In this document: piece after piece, positions 49,573 to 62,500 of the stretch
How the letters are laid out: each line of letters begins with the position of its first letter
How positions within the stretch are numbered: the stretch's first letter is position 1
From: Octopus sinensis
Taxonomy: Eukaryota
Reading direction: 5' to 3'
Length of the DNA stretch: 64,000 nucleotides
Assembly: GCF_006345805.1 (NCBI RefSeq)
Contig: NC_042997.1
Coordinates: 207,886,001 to 207,950,000 of the forward strand
Translations under genes and position numbers: made by a program
Notes under the pieces: generated by a model
Seen by the model: only the letters and a program-made list of their open reading frames with translations
What the model was told of the DNA's origin: nothing
Databases searched by the model: none

Positions 49573-52500
49573 ATACACACACACACACACACACATATAT
49601 ATACATGCATGTGTATGTGCACATTCATATCTATTATATCAAAGTCAATGCCTTTATGTGTTCGTGTATTACTTATACATTCGAAAACTGCTGCACCAAT
49701 CATAATGAAATTTGGAACACAAAATCCAAGCCTAGGGAGAAGAGTAATGCTGTGTGTTTCATACGTCATGAACCAAAATTACTGAATGGATCCTTATGAT
49801 ATTTGAAACTTAGATTCAATGCATAAGGGCGGGTATAATGCAATATGTTTGGTTTGAATTTCAGATGGCTTAAAGGGGGCAGAACCCCTGTGAAGATTCA
49901 TAAATTTTCGATGTTGTTGAAATTTCAACCATGGGTAATTGACACATAAAAAAGTATTCTCAAAGTTTCCACTTCTCATGAGGATTCTAAGACACCCTAA
50001 TGGGGGCCTTAACTCCCAAATTTTAGTTATTTCTTTTATGATCCAAAACTAGGTCAAAAGTACTGAATGGATTTTATGAAATTTAGAAATTATATTCTAT
50101 GCATAAGGGCCACAACCCCCATGACAATTCGTATATTTTGGCTGTTGGAGAAATTTTCTCTCTCTCACCCTAAATCTACACTATATCTCTCTCTCAGTTA
50201 TGTCTCTTAATACCTACAATGATGTATTCCTTCTCCAAGAGATGAGATGTGCCCCTTCCATGGCTGCTAGTTTTCGTGGATCGTGACCACCCCCCTCTAT
50301 CTCGCTGTTTTTCTCTATCTCTATCTCTTCACACTGACTGTCTCCCTATCTCTTTCGATTACCACTCGACTTGACAGGACTTCCTACTTCCCCTCCACCA
50401 CCACCCTATATAAACTAGCGCACACATTATAGCTCCCCTATTTCGATATCAAAACTTTGGCTGTAAACTACGAACGCAAAAGATGAATCACAGATAAGCA
50501 TTCCTTTAAATTCAACCCGTTAACTACCTAGTATTATTTCTGCGCAATTGATTAACCCAGTTAGTTTATTTCTATTCTGTTCCACTCTGTCTATTTCAGC
50601 TTCACGCCTCATGTTAAATATATAATTCTATAGTTCCTCTTACTTATCAATGTCTAAGATAAATTTAGCTCACGCATCTCCCCCAAATCTGCAAAATATC
50701 TCTCTCTCAATTATGTCTCTTAATACCTACAACGAAGTATTCCTTCTCCAAGAGATGAGATGCACCCCTTCATGGCTGGTAGTTTTCGCAGGGAACCCGC
50801 CCTCCCACCCCCTCCACCTTTACAGGAAGTCACAAATTTTGTCATCCTTGGTTGTTTCCCATCAACACTTTAAAGGCTTACGCCACCCCCACCCCCTGCT
50901 ATATAAGGTAATGATCATACAGTGGCAAAATATGATAGTGTAGTGTACGCGGTTTGAACTTAAGTCTATTGTTTGTCTATGAATCCTGCCAAATGCGAGT
51001 TTTCTTTTCAGGTACATAAAGCTACTGTCCCCCGTCCCAAGGTCCCTAGGGCCCATACCTCCCACACCCTCAGGGTTGGCACCCTCAACGCTGGCACACT
51101 GAAAGGTAGGTTTGGCAGGATTGTTGAGTTGCTTGAACGGAGATGTGTTGATATGTGCTGCATCCAAGAAGTGAGGTGAAGAGGAAGTTCTGCTAGGTTC
51201 CTCACAGGCAAAGAACATAGGTACAAGGTTTTCTGGGCTGGGAACACTGACGGGGTCGGGGGCGTTGGTATACTTCTTGCTGAAAAATGGGTAGATAAGG
51301 TAATCGAGGTAGTCAGAGTATGTGACAGAATACTTAAGATTAGATTAGTGCTTCATCATGGGTTAGAAACCATTATCTCGGCCTATGCCCCTCATCCAGA
51401 GCTACCCGATGAGCAGAAAGACTGATTCTATGACACCCTACTGCAGACTATCTCGTTGATGAATGACAGGACCTTCTCTTTGTAGCTGGTGACTTCAATG
51501 GTCATGTTGGCTGACATGCTGGGGGCTTCCATGGTGTACATGGAGGCTACGGTTATGGTTCCCACAAAGAGGAGGGAACCAGGCTGCTGAAGTTCTGCAA
51601 TGCAAATGATCTTATGGTTTGCAACACCAACTTCAGGAAACCCACCTCTCACCTAGTCACCTACCGATCAAGCCGGCATACCAGCCAAATTGACTACTTG
51701 TCAGGAAACAAGAAAGATGGCTGTTTATAAATGCCAAAACCATCTCAGGCAAAGAATGTACCCCACAACATAGACTGGTAGTTAGTGACTTTAGGATCAG
51801 GACTAAGAGGACGACCAGAAGATGACCAACATGGAGGAGAAGGATCTGGAAGCCTAAAGTTCCTATGAATGGACAGAGATTTAGAGACATATTACTTGAA
51901 GCCTTTAACGAAATAGAAGGAGATATAGCTTCACATGGTGTAGAAGATAACTGGAGGTTTCTAAGGGACAACCTGCTGAGAGCCACTGACCAGATCTGTG
52001 GATGGTGCAAAGTCTCCACTAGACCCAAAATAACGTCGTGGTGGAACAATGTTGTTGACAAGGCTATTAGACAAAAGAAACAGGCTTGGAAGGACTGGAA
52101 GACCGGTGGTAGCAGGGAATTGTATCAGACTGCCAGAAGGAAAGCTAGGAGGCAGGTGTATTTAGCCATAGGGGAAGCTGATAAGAAAAAAATTGCCAAT
52201 GTTCTGCACCGTGAGGATGAAAGACTTGAGGTATTTCGTGTTGCAAGATAGTGTGTGAGAGAGAATCGTGATGTGGTAGGAGAGAAATGTGTTCGCATGG
52301 ATGATGGTTCACTTGTGCTAAATGAGGATGCAAAGAGAGAGGTTTGGAGATGCCACTATGAAAGGTTGCTGAATAAAGAAAATGAATGGGATAAAGAGAG
52401 TCTACCAAATGTTGACCCAACAGAGGGACCAGCTATCCATGTTGACAGTTCCTTGGTAGTCAAGGCAATTAGAAGCATGAAGACAGGGAAAGCCCCAGGC

Positions 52501-55500
52501 CCATCAGGAATTACTGCAGAGATGCTCAAAATATCTGGTAGTGTCGGCTATACATGAAGGAGTCATACCCAATGACTGGTGTAGCAGCATAATAGTCAAC
52601 TGCTACAAAGGTAAAGGTGACGCTTTAGATAGAAATAATTACAGAGGTATCAAGCTGTTGGATCAGGTAATGAAGGTCACAGAGAGGGTCATAGCCCAAC
52701 TAATTAGGGAGAGAGTCAGTTTAGATGAGATGCAGTTTTGTTTTGTGCCAGGAAAAAGCACCACTGATGCTATATTCCTGGTAAGACAGCTGCAGGAGAA
52801 ATACCTAGCCAAAGATAAGCCCCTGTACCTGGCTTTCATTGATATGGAGAAAGCCTTTGACAGGGTCCCCTGATCACTTATCTGATAGTCATTGAGGAAA
52901 CTAGGGATAGATGAATGGTTAGTGAGAGCCGTGCAAGCCATGTACAGGGACGCTGTAAGGTGAGGGTTGGCAACAAGTACACTGATGAATTCCGGGTAGA
53001 GGTAGGGGTCCACCAAGGTTCAGTCCTCAGTCCCCTCCTATAGCACCACTGATGCTATATTCCTGGTAAGACAGCTGCAGGAGAAATACCTAGCCAAAGA
53101 TAAGCCCCTGTACCTGGCTTTCATTGATATGGAGAAAGCCTTTGACAGGGTCCCCTGATCACTTATCTGATAGTCATTGAGGAAACTAGGGATAGATGAA
53201 TGGTTAGTGAGAGCCGTGCAAGCCATGTACAGGGACGCTGTAAGGTGAGGGTTGGCAACAAGTACACTGATGAATTCCGGGTAGAGGTAGGGGTCCACCA
53301 AGGTTCAGTCCTCAGTCCCCTCCTATTTATCATAGTCCTCCAGCCAATAACGGAGGCGTTCAAGACAGGGTGCCCCTGGGAGCTCCTCTATGCTGATGAC
53401 CTTGCTCTAATCGCTGAGTCGCTACCAGAACTAGAGGCGGAGTTTCAAGTGTGGAAACAAGGATTAGAATCGAAGGGCCTTAGAGTCAACCTAGCTTAAA
53501 CCAAAGTCCTAATAAGTAGAAAGGCAGGCAAACCACAAATCCCTTCAGGTTTATGGCCCTGCTCGATCTGTAGTAGAGGTGTAGGTAGAAACTCTATGAG
53601 ATGTACCCAGTGTAAGCTATGGACACATAAGAGGTGCAGTAATATCAAAGGAAGACTAACTGAGAGGATAGTTTTTGTATGTGGCAGATGCTCAGGAGCA
53701 ATAAACACTGAGAATGTGCAGAGAACAATTCTGCCACATTCCAGGGAGAAAAACTAGAAGTAGTTGATAGCTTTCGTTATCTAGGTGACCAAGTCAGCAG
53801 CGGGGGCGGGTGTGCTGAAAGTGTAACTGCTAGAATAAGAATAGCTTAGGCGAAGTTCAGAGAGGTCTTACCTCTGCTGGTGACAAAAGGCCTCTCGCTC
53901 AGAGTAAAAGGTAGACTGTATGACGCATGTGTATGAACAGCCATGCTACACGGCAGTGAAACATGGGCTGTGACTGCTGAGGATATGCGTAAGCTCACAA
54001 GGAATGAAGCCAGTATGATCCGATGGATGTGTAATATCAATGTGCATACTCAACAAAGTGTAAGTACCTTGAGAGAAAAGTTGGACTTCAGAAGCATTAG
54101 ATGTGGTGTGCAAGAGAGATGACTGCGCTGGTATGGCCATGTGGCGAAAATGGGTGAGGATAGCTGTGTGAAAAAGTGCCACACCTTAGCATTTGAGGGA
54201 ACCTGTGGAAGAGGTAGACCCAGGAAGACCTGGGATGAAGTGGTGAAGCACGACCTTCAAATATTAGGCCTCAACAAGGAAATGACTAGCGACCGAGACC
54301 TTTGGAAATATGCTGTGCTCAAGAAGACCCAGCAAGCCAGATGAAACCATAACCCGTGGCCTATGCCAGGAGCATAACCAGACCACTTATGGGTAGCTTT
54401 TCCTTCTTTGGTCGCTAAACTTTGCTTGCGAAGACCTGTTGAGGCAAGTGAAATCAAATCAAAATCAAAATCACTTCGATGACTGGTATCCGTGCTAGCG
54501 GGGTGCAAAGAGCACCATACGTGTATGATCGTTGACAGAGTGGCTTTTCAAGTATGATCATTACCAGCATCGCCTTACTGGCACTCATGCCTGTGCTAGT
54601 AGGGTGCCAAGAGCACCATCCGAGTGTGATCGTTGCCAGAGCAGCCAACTGGCTTCCGTGCCAGTGGTACATAAAAGGGCACCATTCGAGCGTGATCGTT
54701 ACCAACGTCGCTTCACTGGCACCTGTGTCAGTGGCACATGTAGGAAGATTCGAGCGAGGTCATTGCCAGTACTGCCTGACTGGCCCCCGTGATGGTGGCA
54801 CATAAAAAGCACCCACTACACTCTCGGAGTGGTTGGTGTTAAGAAGGGCATCCAGCTGTAGAAACTGCCAGATCAAGACTGGAGCCTGGTGCAGCCATCT
54901 GGTTGCCAGCCCTTAGTCAAAACCGTCCAACCCATGCTAGCATGGAAAACGGACGTTAAATGATGATGATGATGATTAGATACAAATGAAGTAATATTTA
55001 TAAAATTTCACCTTCTTAGAAATTAGAAAGACCCCTTCATGGGGACTTAACACCCACATTTTGTCATTTTATCTAAGCAAAGATGAATACAGTTGTACTC
55101 TTCGAAGATGTAGGGTTACCCGAGCGTAAAAGATGAGCATTATTTGTAATTCAATGGTACAACAGTGTAACAGTTTGCTTTGACATACACTTACAATGGG
55201 TTTTCTGCGATGTGCTGCATAAATTGTCAAGTAAATGAGAGGCAACTTTGCCTCCACTGATTCAGTTGCAAAGTGCTGAGTGAAGTTATTTGATTGCAGA
55301 CCTCCTTTCACTCTTTTTATTATCACTGGGTCACACATAGTCCCCAGATGGTAACACTGATTTCAAGGCCTTCCCAGATGAGTGACTGGTTATTCAAAGA
55401 CATTTATAGATTGTAAATTTATTCTGTCCAGTTACGTATCAGTATAGTGGTCATTTGCAAAATCCAGAGGTGACACTTTCATTTCTCCTTAGCTCTCACG

Positions 55501-56930
55501 TCAGACAGTTGTTAATGTTTATTTCAGTTGGGTCACACCCTTCCAATTGCTATAGATTCGTAATGCATCTTACAGCTGTGCCTGTCACCTGGATGGTGAG
55601 GAATCCTACATTGGGAGTGGTAATGACTAGGGTAGGGTAGCTGACTGCTTATTGTGATCATTCGTCTTTTGGTTTCCTGTAGCTTTGCTCTCTTTTACAA
55701 ACCCAGTGAACATATATTTCCTATTTCAAAGAAATTCAAACAATAGATATAAGACCCAAGTTAAAAAGATTCTCAACAATTCAACTTCTCTGGTTGACAT
55801 TAAGATACCCACCCCCAACAGGGGCCTTGACTCTCACATTTTAGAGCTCCATGACCTTCATTTTTCAGGAGCAAAATCTTTTTAACAGGTTCTATAAGAC
55901 TGGAATTTTGGAATATGCGCATAAAAATCAGTAGTATGGGATACATGTGGCACGATTACAATTTTTTTAGGGTGTGTAAAGAGGGAAATAACCCTCATGT
56001 GCAATTTTGATGAAATTCGAAACATAGATATTCCAGTTAATTAGAGAAATTATAACAGAAAAGTGTAATTCTTCAATTGTATGTAACACGGCAAACGCCA
56101 GGTATCTCTGCTAGTATGTATATATCATCATCATCATCGTTTATGATGATGATATAATATATATAAATGTATGTGTGTGTGTGTATATATACTGGGTTGT
56201 CTGGAAAGTTTGTGCCGATTTTTAAAGGAAAGAAAAAGGTCAATAAATACTTGGCATTACATTTTTAATCAACCAAATACGAACCATTTCGTTGCACAAT
56301 GTGTCTCCATCTTTCCTTTAACTTAAAAATACCCTTTTCCCAGAACTGAGGTGGTTTCATGGCAAACAATTCATCAAGGTATCTTTTTATATCATCCAAG
56401 AAATTGAAATTTTTACCATTAAGACTATTCTGCAGAGACCTGAATAATAACTAGAAATCTGAAGGAGCAATGTCACTTTCTGCCAATTCTCGGGCTGTGC
56501 AATGTGGGTTATTCTCAATTAATGACTTGATATGGTCATCATCTGTAGTGGATGGTCTGCCTGATCGCTCTTTATCAATAAGGCTACAATCTCCAGCTTG
56601 GAACCTTGCAAACCACTTCCGTACAGTTCTTTCGGATAAAGGAACATCACCATAAACTGCACATATTTCTTTCGTTGCTTGTGAGGCATTTTTCCCTTTA
56701 CGGAAAAAGATAAGCATCAAGTGCTGAAAATGAACTTCCATTTTAAAGGGTTACAGAATTAACACAGGTTATAGGAACATAAACCTTCTTCCACGAAAAG
56801 ATAGCTTCAACTGTGCTCTAAATGGACTCAACCATGTTCTAAATAAGTGGAAATGAAAGCTACTATAAATCGGCACGAACTTTCCGGTCAACCCAATAAT
56901 ATAATATATAAATGTATGTATGTATGTATA

Positions 56931-56984
<54 letters not shown>

Positions 56985-59518
56985 ATATATATTTAACATA
57001 TCTTTTATTGTTTATGGGTTTCAGCCAGGGGCTGAGGCCATGTTGGTGCACTGCCTTTACTGCATCTGGGGATTTTTCCAGTATTGCTTCTGGTGAAGTA
57101 CCGAGCTGGATAATTTATTTTAATAACATAATTTTCTGTTAGTTCTCTTATACAAACACACAAGCCTCGATAGTGGAAATTTTTGGAATTAGCCAGGTGG
57201 GGTAAAATATAAAAAAATTGTGAAATCCGAGAATTAAAATTTTTCCTTCATAACTTTCAGAAAACTGGATATATATTAATGAGATTTTATAGAAATACCT
57301 TCAAATGGCATAGATTATGATTATAAAGAAATTTATGGGGAACATAAATATCGTTTTCAATGAGATCCTTCTTTGTCAGAAAAATTGAAAGAATGACATA
57401 ATATGAATGCTCTCTTTATTTCTATCAAAACAGACCCTTGTATTTTTAGAATGAAAATAACCCTGAGCGAGAAGATATTTAAAAAAAGGATTTTATTGGA
57501 TAATTTGTACCCCAACTTTCTATTTCCAAAGTTTAGAATTTTGCTCAAAAATCACGTTTTCAAAATTTTTATTTCCCTCTTGCCTCCTCAATTTTTTAAT
57601 TTCTAACTTTTTTCAAAATTTTTTCTGTAATCCACATACAAAAATACAGAGATTACGAATCTTTAAGAATTAAAAAAAAAAAAAAACATTTTTAAAGCAA
57701 CACCCAAATTCCCTTCCCCAACCTCCACCAGCCATTACCTCCCTACTTTCCAAAAGCTAAAAGCTCTGAATGTTTCACTTTTAGCTTTTTAGAAAGCAGG
57801 CAAGTTTTTCCAGAAATAATGTCATTTAGCTGTTGTTTCCAGTATGTTGGGTTTTCTTGTGGTTGTTTGATAGTTTTGACATTTACTAGAATTCTATGCA
57901 TGTGTGAAACATGAGACAAAAGTGAAATGCTCTGAGTTTTTAGTTTCTTTGAAAGTGAGGTGACGGGTGGGTGAGGTGGTGGCCTTGATTGTTTCTTTAA
58001 AATAAATAAAAAATTTCTTTTTAATTCCTAGATTTGTAATCTCTGTATTTTTCTACATGGATTAAAACAATTTGGAAAATGTTAAGAATTAATAAATTGG
58101 AATGGGGTGGAGTGGGGGAAATAAAAATTTTGAAAACGTGATTTTTGGGCGAAATCATATTTTCCAATATCGAAATCATAGAAATCCGAAAAAGAAAAAA
58201 AATCACCAGAAATGGATGGTGTACACAACCTTTACCTTTGCCTGAAAACTTAAGGTTAAATAAGATGTTAAATAAATATTATGAGGATAAAAAAAAATAC
58301 GATACCAATAAATTGGGTATCTGTGATATAAAACTAGATATACAAAGAAATGAAATGAAAAGCGAAAGATTTTTTAGCCAATCAGAAAACAGGATTTTAA
58401 AACAAGTGTTGTCAACTGTAACCACTCCTTTTGAGGTGGAAGAGGAGTGGCAGAAGACATGTGCGTGTATGTGTGTGTGTATGTGTGTGTGTATGTGTGT
58501 GTGCATATGTGTGTGCATATGTGTGTGCATATGTGTGTGTGCGTATGTGTGTGTGTGCGTGTGTGTGTGTGTGTATATATGGTGTGTGCAGCCTCTTGGC
58601 TTGCCACTCCTCAGTTAAACTGTTCAACCCATGCCAGCATGGAAAAGGGGATATTAAATGATGATGATAATGTACGTGTATATCAGATCTTGTATATATC
58701 TATGTATAATTCGATGTACATTAATAAATATAAGCTCAACACACTAAATTAATGCATAACATCTATATTAACACTGCCCACTCCCACACACATGATATCA
58801 AAAGCTTTGCATATTTATAAAGCATGGATTTTATCAAGTTTAAAATGCCACACTGTTTTTATCATGTGTGTGAGAGTGAATACAAATACCTTGAGCAATT
58901 TTTAGAGCAGTATCCACTATGGAACAAAGGTTTTGCCATTCAGTTGGAATAACTCTCTGTTCAAGAGAAATGAAAAATAGCAGTTAAAATGCCCAAAAGA
59001 GGCCATTAGTTATTCATTACATCATAATGCACTTTAAAGTGCAAGTATGCACACTAACAAATGACTGAAACATCATGTAGGCAAAAAAGAGGAATTTAAT
59101 ATGACTTCACAATAATTAAAGAGTGAATATTCTATGTGTATTCTCTGTTTTCTTTAAACTACTAATTATTTCTCCTATATCAAAAAGAATGAAGCCTCCA
59201 TAGAGACAAGTGGACTTTCAAAAGTGAAAAGTACTAAGAATGGTCAAACTAACCAACTATAAACATAAATAAGTAAGCATATGAACAAAAACCAGAAACA
59301 TGAATCGATAATAATGTATAACTTGTGCCCACTCGCACAACATATACCACAAAAAAAATTTTTTTTTTAATTCTTTGCAAACAGGCATGTATGTAAGTAT
59401 GTATGTATGTATGTAATGTATGTATGTATGTATGTAATGTATGTAATGTATGTATGTATGTATGTATGTATGTATGTATGCATGATGTATGTATGTATGT
59501 ATGTATGTAGTATGTATG

Positions 59519-59549
<31 letters not shown>

Positions 59550-62500
59550 GTATGTATGTATGTATGTATGTATGTATGTATATATGTATGTATTTATGTA
59601 TGTATGTAAGTATGTATGTATGTATGTATGTATGTATGTATGTATGTATGCATGCATGCATGCATGTATGCATGCATGTATATATGCATGCATGCATGCA
59701 TGTATGTAGGTATGCAAGCATGTATGTATGTATGTAGGCATGCATGCATGCATGATGTATGTATGTATGTATGTATGTATGTATGTATGTATGTATGTAT
59801 GTATGTATGTATGTATGTATGTATGCATGCATGTATGTATGCATGCATGCATGCATGTATGTATGTATGTATGCATGATGTATGTATGTATGTATGTATG
59901 TATGTATGTATGCATGTATGAATGTATGTATGCATGTATGTATGTATAAGAGTCTCTATACAGGGATCCCATAACATGAGAGACTTCTTGCCCTCAAACA
60001 TTACCTAGACCTTCGACCTAACCCCCTAAGATGTCCACACTTCTCTGTCTGGCCAAACTTGTTCTCTCCATCCACTGCTTCTTGTTCATGGGGGAGTTTT
60101 ACCAACAGGTCTCGAGCGTGGCCATGGGAATGAGAATTGGCCCCAGTTATGCAAACCTGTTCGTTGGCTACGCCGTGGCCCAAATATTTTCAAGATTCAC
60201 TGGTCCCACTCCTGAACTATACGGTCGTTATATTGATGACTGTATCAACTTGAACAACTAGACTCCTTCCTCTCTTTTGTTCAAATATTCCATCCTGCCC
60301 TCATATTCTCCTGCTCCATTTCCAACACTTCCATTGCGTTTCTCGATATTTTGGTCAACAATCACAACTCCACTCTCACCACCTCCATCCACTACAAACA
60401 CACCGGCTCTCAACTTCTCCTCCTCCCACCCTACCCACACCAAGTGCTCCATCTCCTACTCCCAATTCCTCCATCTGTGCAGGATCTGCAGTGACAACTA
60501 TGACTTTGAGACTCAGTCTCAACTCATGGCTTGCCACTTCATCCTTCGTGGATATCACCTCACCAATATTCACACCGCCCTTGCCAAAGCATATTCTGTG
60601 GACTGTGGCTCTGCTCTCTTTCCCCACACCCACCCTGGCATTACCTGTTGCTTGTTTCCCATCACCTACCACCCTTCCACCCTGCCTCTCCAATGCACCA
60701 TTCTCCAAGCCTTCCAGCAACTCCAGTCCAACCCTTCCACTTTTCACATCTTCCCCAACCTACCCTTCCCCCTCTTCAAACAAGCCCACAACCTACATGA
60801 CCTCCTGGTCCACAGTTTCTTCCCTAACCCAACCTCCTAACCTGGCTTGTTCCCCGGCTCCCACCCATGCTACCACACTTGACCCTACTTCTCTAACACC
60901 ACCATCCTCACAGGCATCCATCATCATCCCTATCATATCACTGACTCATTTACCTGCACTTCTAGCAACGTCATTTACTGCATCTCCTGCACTTTCTGTT
61001 TTCTCTATACATCGGTCAAATGCAATGCCGTTTGGTTGACTAATTCACGGAATACCTCCGAGACATTAGAATCAGCAATGACACACCGGTCTCGCACCTT
61101 TTCTACTCTACCAGTCATGCATTACAACACCTGACTGTGTTTGGACGTCTTTGCACAGGAGCCAGTCAGAGTCCCACCGTTGCCATGAACAGGAATTAAT
61201 CTTCTCTCTTTACTCCTTTGCATCACATGGGCTCAACTCCCCTCCCCTCTTCATCTGACTTCACTCCTCTCTACTTTCTTCATCTCACACCTATTTCCTC
61301 TCTTCACTCCTACCCACCTCTCCTCTCTTGCCCTGACACCTACTTCCTCTCTTCACTACTATCAATCTTCCCCCTTCATCGTTACCCCCTCCATCCACAC
61401 CTATACTCCCATGCATGCAACTCCCATATACCCCACATCCTCACCCCACCCTCACATCCCCACCACACCACACCACATCATACTACCCCGTGCACACTAG
61501 CACTGACCACTTCCCAGCACCCACACATTACAGACGCACACACTTACATACGCAAACATCCACATGTCAAGGTCACCAGACATCTCTATCCAAATGCACA
61601 CATACACTCTCACATGCATGTGCACCTTCGTTTTGGGATAACCAATACTTTATTATGTCCCCTTCTTCCTAGCTCTCCTGTCTAACTAACTCTGTCCAGC
61701 CAGCTGCTATGATTGGCTGTTAGCCCCTAAAGCTTTTTTTATTCCTCTCTGTTGAAAAGCAAAGATTCATAATATAAAAGCATTTCTCACCTTCCCAAGC
61801 ATTAAACTAATACACCTGCCTTCATCTTCTGCTTTTCTGCAAATTCCAACCCTATATATATGTATATACATAAATGATGAGCTTCTTTCAGTTTCTATCA
61901 ACGAAATCCACTCCCAAGGCTTTGGCCAACCATTGACCTATAACAGAAGACACTTGTCCAAAATGCTGTGAGTGGAATTGAACCTGAAACCACGAGGTCA
62001 GGAAATTAGCTTCTCATCCACACTTGGATCTAAAAAGAAACATTAACTATAAAAAATGGTATTACTAACCTTTCTGCACAATGGCTGCTGCAACCCCACC
62101 CCTGTGTTCCAGTCTGCCATTTGCAGCATTAACAATAGCATCTGTGTCCAGAGTCGTGATGTCACCTTCCTTCAACACTATTTCACAGTTCTTATACTTA
62201 ACATTAACTACTTCATCTGTTTCACTTCCTAAATCTGAATTTAATGATATTATGCTCTCAGATTGCTTCTGCATTTCACATAAGAAATTCTTTCCTTCTT
62301 CACTTTCCAGAAATTCTTGAAATCCAAACATTTCAAAGTTTTCTTCTTTTGAGCTGATATCTTTTCTTAAGTTTTCTATAAATGTTTCCATTTTCCTAAT
62401 TTGATTTTGTGTTCCTTCCAGGTGTAACTTATTATCTTTGAGACACACATTCTTAATTTTATGTTTCCCACTAAAGTCATTGATTTCCTGATCTTTGAAC

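Larger units (their letters stand above)
49630..56114 (+). mobile_element. Probable non-autonomous Helitron with nested RTE and CR1 fragments
   Basis: 5' A|TC TATTATAT at 49629/30; 3' GGCAAACGCC hairpin remnant and CTAG|T at 56111-15; a recurring ATGAAATT.GAAAC.TAGAT motif on both sides of the nested RTE (about 49713, 49797, 50076, 56009). Confidence 0.5.

Noticed and set aside
58145-58618. 157-aa plus-strand ORF
   Set aside because: It runs across a foldback arm, AT-rich filler and a (GT)n microsatellite and has no domain signal.
59257-60001. Several 80-200 aa ORFs (HTYI/MYVC repeats)
   Set aside because: They are translations of the (TATG)n microsatellite.
61700-61740. Hammerhead-like remnant (CTATGA TTGGC..GCCC CT AAAGCTT) after the Penelope at 59950
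   Set aside because: Core nucleotides are missing; at most a dead motif.
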